NCBI GenBank assembly: GCA_000387965.1
Contig: APJZ01000002.1
Span: forward strand, 120,001 to 152,000
DNA from: Candidatus Nanobsidianus stetteri
GTDB lineage: Archaea > Nanobdellota > Nanobdellia > Nanobdellales > Nanobdellaceae
DNA: 32,000 nucleotides
Reading direction: 5' to 3'
Part shown: piece by piece, positions 1-7,226 of the stretch
Numbering within the stretch: the stretch's first letter is position 1
How the letters are laid out: every line of letters begins with the position of its first letter
Notes under the pieces: generated by a model
Told to the model about the DNA's origin: nothing
Database searches by the model: none
What the model saw: only the letters and a program-made list of their open reading frames with translations
Made by a program: the position numbers and the translations under genes

Positions 1-1066
1 TTCCGTCCTCTATTTCTTTATTATTTAATATATTTTTTATACATGGAGGAAATAAATCTTCATTTATTTCTATCTTTCTTTTCTTTATTTCTTCAACATC
101 TTTTTTTGTTTCTTCAATTCCTTCCCGATTTTTATAATTTTCTGCTAATCTGCTAAATTTTACTACTTCAACTTCATTTTTTATTTTCCATAATAATGAA
201 TCATTAATTAATTCTTTTAATTCTCCAGATTCTTTTCTTTCTAAATCTTCAGTTAAATATGGTATACCTTCATATGAATAATTATTTATATTAGAATCTT
301 CAGGATTTAGTTTTTCTATGTAATTTTCCTTTATTGGTATAGATAAATTTCCAGTTTTCTCATTTATTGAATATAAACATCTAATTAAATGTCTTGATGA
401 TATTAATATTGTATCTATTTCAATTATATCGTATGGATTAAATCTTTCTATGTCATTTACTCCATATTCTTTTAATTCATCTTCACTAAATTTTAATAAT
501 ATTATTTTTTTTAATTTCTCTTCTATATTTTTTGATATATATAATGCCAATATTCTTGCAAGATCTGGGAATAATTTCCTAGTCTCTTCTTCTACGAAAT
601 TATCTTTTTTATATATATTTATTGTTTCTGGAAATATTTCCCATGGAATTGCTATATGAAAACCTTTTCCTCCAGAATATTTAATATATATTGGATTAAT
701 ATTTTTTTCTTTTAAATAATCAACAATAATTCTTGCAGTAACTTTTGATAGATCTAAAGATTTTGCATCTATATCTATTATAAAATCCCATCCCAATCTA
801 TATTCATTTAAATCTTTTTTTGAAACTTTTTCGCTTAAAATATTTAGATCAATCCATCTCTCAATTGATATATGAAATGAAATAGCACCTTTTTTAATAT
901 AGTTTATTATATCATCTTCTGTTTCTATTTTTGATGGTCTATGTCCAAAATTATTATTTGATAATAAATATCCAACTTCTCTATTCTGCGAAATTTTTAC
1001 CATATCTTCTAAAATCTCTCTATTATTTTGATAGAATTTAATTAAATTATTTAGCATTATACTCAT
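1..1066 (-). CDS. priS: DNA primase: PriS (archaeo-eukaryotic primase) catalytic domain continuing into a PriL-like C-terminal region; partial, 3' end runs off the left edge
   Basis: Absent from the ORF track because it is open at nt 1. My minus-strand translation from ATG 1066 (alternative ATG 1057) reads MSIMLNNLIKFYQ...LGWDFIIDIDA...YSGGKGFHIAIPWE...SSRHLIRCLYSINEKTG...EDLFPPCIKNILNNKEIEDG with no stop down to nt 2. The DxD and SGGKGFH motifs are the primase small-subunit signature. Confidence 0.8.
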   Translation of the reverse strand, partial: MSIMLNNLIKFYQNNREILEDMVKISQNREVGYLLSNNNFGHRPSKIETEDDIINYIKKGAISFHISIERWIDLNILSEKVSKKDLNEYRLGWDFIIDIDAKSLDLSKVTARIIVDYLKEKNINPIYIKYSGGKGFHIAIPWEIFPETINIYKKDNFVEEETRKLFPDLARILALYISKNIEEKLKKIILLKFSEDELKEYGVNDIERFNPYDIIEIDTILISSRHLIRCLYSINEKTGNLSIPIKENYIEKLNPEDSNINNYSYEGIPYLTEDLERKESGELKELINDSLLWKIKNEVEVVKFSRLAENYKNREGIEETKKDVEEIKKRKIEINEDLFPPCIKNILNNKEIEDG

Positions 1067-1099
1067 AATATTTTTTTATTGCAAAAAAATAAAAATTAC

Positions 1100-1113
1100 A
1101 AAGATTTATAAAA
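1100..1113 (+). promoter_or_regulatory. BRE/TATA-like promoter element AAAGATTTATAAAA upstream of rpoE
   Basis: Exact 14-mer also found at 24125..24138 and 24618..24631, each upstream of a start codon. The TATA core lies about 22-30 nt before ATG 1135, suggesting a leaderless or near-leaderless mRNA. Confidence 0.55.
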
Positions 1114-1134
1114 ATTTATAAAATCATTCTAATA

Positions 1135-1680
1135 ATGTTTTATGAAGTTCAAATATATGATGTAGTAAGAGTACCACCGAATGAAATAACGGATAATGTA
1201 AATGAAATGATAGAAAAAATACTATTAAATAATTATGTTGGAATGGGTGGAAAAGAATATGGAATAATTGTAACAATAAAATCCATAGATGAAATATCCG
1301 AAGGTATAATGGTTTTTGAAGATGGGGGAGTATATTATAAGGTAAAATTTACTGCAATTTCATATTTCCCAAATATTTCTGAACTAACGTATGGATTTGT
1401 GTCATCTATAACAGAATTTGGAGCATTTATAAATATAGGACCTATAGATGCATTGGTTCATATTTCTCAAATAATGGATGACGAGGTATCAGTTTCTGGA
1501 AGGGAAGCTTTAATTGGAAAGAATAGTAGAAAAGTATTGAAGGTAAATGATATGGTAAAGGCAAGAATAGTTACAGTAAGTTATAAAGGAGTATCTAACG
1601 TAAGGATTGCAATGACAATGAAGCAACCAGGATTGGGAAAATTGGAATGGCTTGAGCAAAAGAAAAAATCTGGTAAATAA
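1135..1680 (+). CDS. rpoE: DNA-directed RNA polymerase subunit E' (Rpo7) with S1 domain
   Basis: 181-aa ORF. The N-terminal MFYEVQIYDVVRVPP and the S1-like GFVSSITEFGAFINIGPIDALVHISQI are typical of archaeal Rpo7. Followed by Spt4/E'' with a 1-nt TAATG overlap, the conserved gene order. Confidence 0.85.
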   Translation: MFYEVQIYDVVRVPPNEITDNVNEMIEKILLNNYVGMGGKEYGIIVTIKSIDEISEGIMVFEDGGVYYKVKFTAISYFPNISELTYGFVSSITEFGAFINIGPIDALVHISQIMDDEVSVSGREALIGKNSRKVLKVNDMVKARIVTVSYKGVSNVRIAMTMKQPGLGKLEWLEQKKKSGK

Positions 1681-1883
1681 TGGCATATAGAAAACCAAAA
1701 AGAAAAGTATGTAGAAATTGTAAGGCAATAATTGATAAGGATGTAGATAGATGTCCATATTGTGGTTCTACAGATTTATCTGAAGATTATTCTGGATTTA
1801 TTATAATTGTAAATCAGGAAAATTCCGAATTCTCTAAAAAATTAAATTTAAAAGAGGGTAAGTGGGCAATAAGAGTATTATAA
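1680..1883 (+). CDS. spt4: Transcription elongation factor Spt4 / RNA polymerase subunit E''
   Basis: 67 aa with zinc ribbon CRNC...CPYCGS, directly downstream of rpoE. Confidence 0.8.
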   Translation: MAYRKPKRKVCRNCKAIIDKDVDRCPYCGSTDLSEDYSGFIIIVNQENSEFSKKLNLKEGKWAIRVL

Positions 1884-1884
1884 G

Positions 1885-3597
1885 ATGGATATAAATAAAT
1901 TAATAAAAAAATGGATATTATATAATAAATATAAGTATGGAAATGTAGATCTAAATTCTGTTATATCAAAAATAGTATATGAAAATCCTGATTTAAAGAA
2001 AAACATAAAGGAAATAATACCAAAAGTTAAAGAAGAAATAAATAATTTGAATAATATATCTAGAGAAGAAGCTTATAATATATTATTAAAAGAATATCCA
2101 GAATTATTAGAAGAAAAGAAAAAAGAAGAAAGAAAAGGATTACCAGAATTAGATAATGCAATAGAAGGTAAAGTTAAAACAAGATTTGCCCCAAATCCTT
2201 CAGGATATTTACATATAGGTCATGCAAGAGCAATTATATTGAATTATGAATATGCAAAAATGTATAAAGGAAAATTTATATTAAGGATTGAAGATACAGA
2301 TCCAAAGGTTAAAAAACCAGATCCGGATGTATATGGATCAATAAAAGAGGATGTTGAATGGTTAATAAATGATAAGGTAAATGAATTTTATATACAATCT
2401 GAAAGATTAGATATATATTATAAATATATAAAAGAATTGATTGAAAAAGGATTGGCATATGTTGATCTTTCTCCAAAAGAGGTAATATCAAAATATAGAG
2501 CAGATGGAATCCCTACAGAATATAGATTGAAAGAACCAGAATGGCATTTAGAACAATTTGAAAAAATTTTAAATGGATACTATGATGAAGAAAAGGCAGT
2601 AATAAGAATTAAAACTGATCTAAATCATTCAAATCCCTCTGTAAGAGACTGGATTGCATTTAGAATTGTTAACCCAAACAAAAATCCACATCCTTATTTA
2701 TTAAAAAAATATGGAAAAAATTATGTAGAAAGATATTGGTTATGGCCAACATATAATTTTTCTGTATCTATAGATGATCATTTAATGGGAATAACACATG
2801 TTTTGAGAATGAAAGAGCATGAAGTAAATGCATATAAACAAAAATATATTTATGAATATTTTGGTTGGGAATTTCCAACAGTAATAAATTATGGGGCATT
2901 ATTAGTAAAAGATTTACCATTGCATAAATCTGAAATAAGAAAATTAATAAAGGAAGGAAAAATATCTGGATGGGATGATCCATTTTTACCAACATTAAGA
3001 GGATTGAGAAGAAGAGGAATTGATAGAGAGGCAATAAGAAAATATATTTTGGAAATAGGTCCAAATTCTTCAGAGGTAGTTATAGATTGGAATAAAATAT
3101 ATACATATAATAGAGAAATATATGATAAAAATGCTAAGAGATTTTTTATAATAAGAAATCCTGTAAAAGTTATAATAAATGATTTACCATTAAATAAAAT
3201 AATAAAAGTTAAAAATCATCCAGAAGTAGATTTAGGATATAGAGAATTTATAATAAAATCTAACATATTTTATATAGATATAAATGATATAAATAATAAA
3301 TATTTAAGATTATTTGAAGGATTTAACATTGAAATAATAGATAAAAAGGATGATTATATTATTGCCAGATATTTATCAGATAGTATAGAAGATGCAAGAA
3401 AATTGAATGCAAAAATTGTTCAATGGGTACCTGAAGAATATAAGATTAATATAAAAGTATGGGAAAAAGATGGTATGATAAATGCAATTGCAGAAAAATA
3501 TGTATTAGAATTAACAAAAGATGGAGAAGTAATTCATGGAATAAGGTATGGATTCTTTAAGAGGGAAAAGGATTACTTAATATATATGCACAAATAA
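1885..3597 (+). CDS. gltX: Glutamyl-tRNA synthetase (archaeal type)
   Basis: 570 aa. The class I HIGH motif lies in FAPNPSGYLHIGHARA, followed by FILRIEDTDP, typical of GluRS/GlnRS. GatD in the same window fits a non-discriminating GluRS. Confidence 0.9.
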   Translation: MDINKLIKKWILYNKYKYGNVDLNSVISKIVYENPDLKKNIKEIIPKVKEEINNLNNISREEAYNILLKEYPELLEEKKKEERKGLPELDNAIEGKVKTRFAPNPSGYLHIGHARAIILNYEYAKMYKGKFILRIEDTDPKVKKPDPDVYGSIKEDVEWLINDKVNEFYIQSERLDIYYKYIKELIEKGLAYVDLSPKEVISKYRADGIPTEYRLKEPEWHLEQFEKILNGYYDEEKAVIRIKTDLNHSNPSVRDWIAFRIVNPNKNPHPYLLKKYGKNYVERYWLWPTYNFSVSIDDHLMGITHVLRMKEHEVNAYKQKYIYEYFGWEFPTVINYGALLVKDLPLHKSEIRKLIKEGKISGWDDPFLPTLRGLRRRGIDREAIRKYILEIGPNSSEVVIDWNKIYTYNREIYDKNAKRFFIIRNPVKVIINDLPLNKIIKVKNHPEVDLGYREFIIKSNIFYIDINDINNKYLRLFEGFNIEIIDKKDDYIIARYLSDSIEDARKLNAKIVQWVPEEYKINIKVWEKDGMINAIAEKYVLELTKDGEVIHGIRYGFFKREKDYLIYMHK

Positions 3598-3627
3598 TTT
3601 TTAAATGAATTTTTATAATATATAAAG

Positions 3628-3984
3628 ATGGTTAGTGAGGAAGAAATAGCATCAAAGTATGAAGAGTTTGAAAACTTAAGACAAGCATATTTATTAATAG
3701 AAAATAAAAGACAAAAAGTTTTACAAGATCTAGCTGAAACAGAGAATGCATTAAAAGAATTATCAAATTTACCAGATGATAAAAAAGTTTATTATATGAT
3801 AGGAAATGTATTAATAGAAAAAGATAAGAAAGAATTGATAAATAAGTTAAATGAGGATAAAGAAATATTAAAAGTTGAAGCAGAAAAGTTAAAAAAGCAG
3901 TCAGATATATATAAAGAAAAGTTAAATTCTTTAACGAAAGAATTAAATGATTTATTAAAAAGATCCAGTCTGCAATCTAAATAA
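3628..3984 (+). CDS. pfdB: Prefoldin beta subunit
   Basis: 118-aa coiled-coil protein with central VYYMIGNVLIEKDKKEL between two heptad-rich arms, the prefoldin beta pattern. Confidence 0.7.
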   Translation: MVSEEEIASKYEEFENLRQAYLLIENKRQKVLQDLAETENALKELSNLPDDKKVYYMIGNVLIEKDKKELINKLNEDKEILKVEAEKLKKQSDIYKEKLNSLTKELNDLLKRSSLQSK

Positions 3985-4053
3985 ATAATATCATAAAAGA
4001 TAATCAAAAATATTAACCAAAGGCATAAAAATGGCGGAGAAATATATATTTAT

Positions 4054-4449
4054 ATGGTATCTTTAAGAAACATATTTAAGTCAAAGAAGGAGGAAACTTC
4101 TGATCAGTATGTGGAGGTAATACCTACTCAGAAGGCTGAGGAGGTAAAAATTTATGTTAGAGTATTTAGGATAAAAGATCCATCAGAAGTTAAAGCGGTT
4201 GTAGATTCATTAAGGGAAAGAAATTATATAGTATTTGTTGATATATCTGGATTGAATACTGGTAAAGATCTTGTAGAAGTAAAAAGAGTTGTATCTAGAA
4301 TTAAGTCTGTTGTAGATGCAATTGGTGGAGATATAGCTGCTGTAAATAAAGATTGGATTATTGCTACACCACCATATGTAAGAATTTGGAGAGGACATCA
4401 AATGTCTGCAGTTGAAGAAGTAAAACAACAGGAAGAACAACAATCTTAA
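4054..4449 (+). CDS. sepF: SepF-like cell division protein (DUF552 family)
   Basis: 131 aa. The core VRVFRIKDPSEVKAVVDSLRERNYIVFVDISGL...RVVSRIKSVVDAIGGDIAAVNKDWIIATPP matches the SepF fold pattern. FtsZ is present at 15914. Confidence 0.65.
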   Translation: MVSLRNIFKSKKEETSDQYVEVIPTQKAEEVKIYVRVFRIKDPSEVKAVVDSLRERNYIVFVDISGLNTGKDLVEVKRVVSRIKSVVDAIGGDIAAVNKDWIIATPPYVRIWRGHQMSAVEEVKQQEEQQS

Positions 4450-4934
4450 TATATTTTTGATAATCCTTTTTCATCTTCTATTATTATAGTTAACTCCTTT
4501 TTATTATTTAATACATCTTCTATATAATTTATTTTTTCTATTATTTTGTTATATTTTTCTTTATCATCAGAATATAATATTTTAAATCTTTCTAAATTGT
4601 TTTTTATATTCATTAGAAAATCATCTATTGCTCTAATCTCAAATTTTGATTCAATGCCAGGAGTTATTTCTATTTCAATTTCTTTTAATATTATCTTTGC
4701 ATAAGGGGATTTTAAAAATAATTTTCTTGCCTTTTCTTTATTATCTATTTTATATTCTATTTTTATATAACCTCTATCTTCCAATGGTATTATTTCAAAT
4801 GTTCTATAATTACAAGAATTACATTTAAATGTATAAAGTAATGACTTACCAATCTCTGGAAAATCATATTCAATTGTTTTTATTTCAATATTTTTGGAAT
4901 TACAAACTGGACAAGAATCTGTTAAGATTATCAT
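4446..4934 (-). CDS. ZPR1-type zinc-finger protein
   Basis: 162 aa with CPVC...KCNSCNYRTFEIIPLE followed by the beta-rich ZPR1 A-domain pattern. Convergent TTAA stop overlap with sepF. Confidence 0.65.
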   Translation of the reverse strand: MIILTDSCPVCNSKNIEIKTIEYDFPEIGKSLLYTFKCNSCNYRTFEIIPLEDRGYIKIEYKIDNKEKARKLFLKSPYAKIILKEIEIEITPGIESKFEIRAIDDFLMNIKNNLERFKILYSDDKEKYNKIIEKINYIEDVLNNKKELTIIIEDEKGLSKIY

Positions 4935-5100
4935 ATATCTTTAATAATCTAAATATTAAATTCATTTGGGCTCTTGCCTTTGATATATCCTTTTTATTAA
5001 TTATTATATTATTATTTTCAATTTTTATTCCTTCTTGAGATTCTAAAAATTTTAATATATCTATTAAATCTTTATCCTCAATATTAATTATTATTTTCAT
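4900..5100 (-). CDS. Small protein, possible KEOPS subunit Pcc1-like
   Basis: 66 aa. Its start overlaps the rpoP stop as ATGA. The C-terminal DISKARAQMNLIFRLLKI resembles the Pcc1 xLRAxxNSxLRxx helix. It overlaps the ZPR1 start by 35 nt. Assignment is by eye only. Confidence 0.4.
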   Translation of the reverse strand: MKIIINIEDKDLIDILKFLESQEGIKIENNNIIINKKDISKARAQMNLIFRLLKIYDNLNRFLSSL

Positions 5101-5237
5101 ACAGCTTTTATTTTTTTAATCGTATTTGATCTTAGTTTTACTAATATTTTTGATCCACAGTATATACATTTAACCTTTTTTAATGCAGTTTCTCCATCTA
5201 TTATTCTTTTACAGTTTATACAAATATATTGGGTCAT
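5097..5237 (-). CDS. rpoP: RNA polymerase subunit P (Rpo12)
   Basis: 46-aa ORF too short for the ORF track. My translation is MTQYICINCKRIIDGETALKKVKCIYCGSKILVKLRSNTIKKIKAV. The CxxC...CxxCGxKILxKxR zinc ribbon is the RpoP signature. ATGA overlaps on both sides (L37Ae stop, next ORF start). Confidence 0.8.
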   Translation of the reverse strand: MTQYICINCKRIIDGETALKKVKCIYCGSKILVKLRSNTIKKIKAV

Positions 5238-5452
5238 TGTATACTATAAGCTTTTCCAGTAAATTTTTTGCCACAATGTGTACAATACCATATTCCATAA
5301 GATAGTCTCTTTACTGATATATTATTGCAAAATGGACATTTTAATTTTTTATTTCTATATTTCTTTTCAATCTCAACTAAATTTTCCTTTATACCTTTTC
5401 CATATCTAGAACCAAATCTTGCAACAGGACCTAGTAATTTAGTATGACTCAT
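5234..5452 (-). CDS. rpl37ae: Ribosomal protein L37Ae (eL43)
   Basis: 72 aa; RFGSRYGK...CPFC...WYCTHCGKKFTGKAY zinc ribbon typical of L37Ae. Confidence 0.9.
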   Translation of the reverse strand: MSHTKLLGPVARFGSRYGKGIKENLVEIEKKYRNKKLKCPFCNNISVKRLSYGIWYCTHCGKKFTGKAYSIQ

Positions 5453-5495
5453 AATTTACATATATTTTAAAAATGTTTTATAAATATTGCATATT

Positions 5496-6005
5496 ATGGT
5501 ATCTGTAAGAGATGTAAATGGTCAAATATTTGTAGAAAGATTAGCTAAATATTTATTCGAAAATTATAAAGATATAATAAAACCACCAAGTTGGGCATTT
5601 TTTATTAAAACAGGACCAGATAAAGAAAGGAATCCAGACTTTCCAGCGGATGTAGATTATAATGGAGGGCCTGGATGGTGGTATTATAGAGCAGCATCAA
5701 TTTTAAGAAAAGTATATTTATATGGACCAATTGGTGTTTCTAGATTAAGGAGAAAATATTCTGGATTAAGAAAAAGAGGAATGGAACCTGGAAAAGTTGT
5801 AAAGGGATATGGAAAATTAATAAGAGAAATATTACATCAATTGGAAAATGCTGGATTGGTTATGAAAGTAAATGAAGGAAAGAAAAAAGGAAGAGTTGTA
5901 ACAAATAATGGAAGAAGTTTATTAGATAAATTAGCTAACGAAATATACAAAGAATTAAATAATGAAAATAAGAATTTAATTGATTATATAAAGTCTGTTT
6001 CATGA
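5496..6005 (+). CDS. rps19e: Ribosomal protein S19e
   Basis: The track ORF starts at a TTG at 5487; the first ATG is 5496 (MVSVRDV...). The motifs WYYRAASILRKVYLYGPIGVSRLRRKY and ILHQLENAGLV are typical of S19e. Confidence 0.9.
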   Translation: MVSVRDVNGQIFVERLAKYLFENYKDIIKPPSWAFFIKTGPDKERNPDFPADVDYNGGPGWWYYRAASILRKVYLYGPIGVSRLRRKYSGLRKRGMEPGKVVKGYGKLIREILHQLENAGLVMKVNEGKKKGRVVTNNGRSLLDKLANEIYKELNNENKNLIDYIKSVS

Positions 6006-6472
6006 AGGGTATAAGTTTATGGGTTGAATTTTTAATATATACTTTATTTGCTCTTTCTATATTATCCTTAGTTATATATTTTGTTCATTTAACAATTCAA
6101 AATCAACAGGATGAATTAAACTTAAAATATATTGTAAATTTATTGACAAATTTAAATTATCAAATAGAAACAATTGGATCTTGTTATTCATGTAATTATA
6201 AAGTTTATGATAATTTACCACCAAAAACAATTATATATATTTATCCGGGAGAAATAATGTGTGTATATTATTCTACCGTAAATTATTCTTTACAAGTTCC
6301 ACCATATATAAATTTAAATATAACTCAATTATCTTCATATGATTATCAATATAATTTTACTATTAATACAATCCCCTTTAATATATTAAATAGTTCCAAT
6401 CTTACAATTACAGATAATTTATGTTTATTATTAGATAAGAATGAATCTGGTTTATATATTAGTTTGTGTTAG
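6002..6472 (+). CDS. Hypothetical exported protein with prepilin-like (class III type) N-terminus
   Basis: 156 aa. MKG then ISLWVEFLIYTLFALSILSLVIYFV, i.e. a [KR]-G site followed by a hydrophobic stretch. Asn/Tyr-rich with several Cys and N-x-S/T sequons. ATGA overlap with the S19e stop. Confidence 0.45.
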   Translation: MKGISLWVEFLIYTLFALSILSLVIYFVHLTIQNQQDELNLKYIVNLLTNLNYQIETIGSCYSCNYKVYDNLPPKTIIYIYPGEIMCVYYSTVNYSLQVPPYINLNITQLSSYDYQYNFTINTIPFNILNSSNLTITDNLCLLLDKNESGLYISLC

Positions 6473-6909
6473 ATACAAAAGAAATTAATATAATAACTAT
6501 TAGAATTATTTACATTATAACAAAAACAAACCCAATTTGGTGGATTATATAAGATAAAGCTTTCATTACAATATTTTAATATACTCTGATTTACAACAAA
6601 AAATCCTTTAAAATAATAACAACAATTTATATTACTTCCACTACATTTTGGAATTGATAAATTATATGAAGATATACAAATGAAGGAAAAATTATAATTA
6701 ATTTCATTTGTATAATTTTCAAAATATGATGTATAATTTGATATATAATTATATCCAAAATTTTGATATATGTATATTATTTGGTCTTCAAAATTTTTTC
6801 CTATTAAATTTGGATTAATATTCTTTATTGGAGAAAGATTATAATATGTAATAAAAGATAAAATAATAATAATTGCAATTGTTGCTAATAATATATATTG
6901 AGATTTCAT
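6469..6909 (-). CDS. Hypothetical exported protein with prepilin-like N-terminus, Cys-rich C-terminus
   Basis: 146 aa. MKS then QYILLATIAIIIILSFITYY. C-terminal CSGSNINCCYYF...CNESF...WVCFCYN...FFCI. 4-nt overlap with the upstream gene. Confidence 0.45.
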   Translation of the reverse strand: MKSQYILLATIAIIIILSFITYYNLSPIKNINPNLIGKNFEDQIIYIYQNFGYNYISNYTSYFENYTNEINYNFSFICISSYNLSIPKCSGSNINCCYYFKGFFVVNQSILKYCNESFILYNPPNWVCFCYNVNNSNSYYINFFCI

Positions 6910-7226
6910 CTAAATATAATTAATATATATGGATTAAAATAATTTTGGCCCGCATATAAATATTCAAATATTGGTTCATAATTTTCTATATATGTTGAAT
7001 TTACTTGTTTTCCAAAATAACATATTGTAATATTGTTGTTTGTTAGATTTATTATTTCATAGATATATAAATTATTATTACATGAAGAGTTTAGATAAAT
7101 AAAATCATTTGGATTAAAATTATAAATATTATAATTGCTAGCTTTACCGTAATAAGTATATAAAAAGAAAAATGTCAATAATATTATTGAAAATGCTAAT
7201 TCTACTAAAATTATCCAACTCCTCAT
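6906..7226 (-). CDS. Hypothetical exported protein with prepilin-like N-terminus
   Basis: 106 aa. MRS then WIILVELAFSIILLTFFFLY. Asn/Tyr-rich. 4-nt overlaps on both sides. Confidence 0.45.
   Translation of the reverse strand: MRSWIILVELAFSIILLTFFFLYTYYGKASNYNIYNFNPNDFIYLNSSCNNNLYIYEIINLTNNNITICYFGKQVNSTYIENYEPIFEYLYAGQNYFNPYILIIFR

Noticed and set aside
450-659. Track ORFs lying antisense to, or out of frame within, well-supported genes. Examples: 450..659+, 1510..1758-, 2309..2491-, 2768..3064-, 3792..4007-, 4210..4443-, 4646..5038+, 8281..8505+, 9022..9216+, 10368..10652+, 12014..12205-, 12672..12899+, 14244..14582+, 15558..15779+, 15865..16086-, 16572..16841-, 17263..17559-, 19683..19928+, 26133..26387-, 26735..26965-, 27210..27512-, 28130..28312-, 29508..29696-, 30968..31706+.
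   Set aside because: Each overlaps a longer ORF with clear family motifs. Their translations are low-complexity Ile/Leu/Phe/Tyr strings, as expected from reading AT-rich DNA in the wrong frame. None has a promoter-like element or a recognisable motif.
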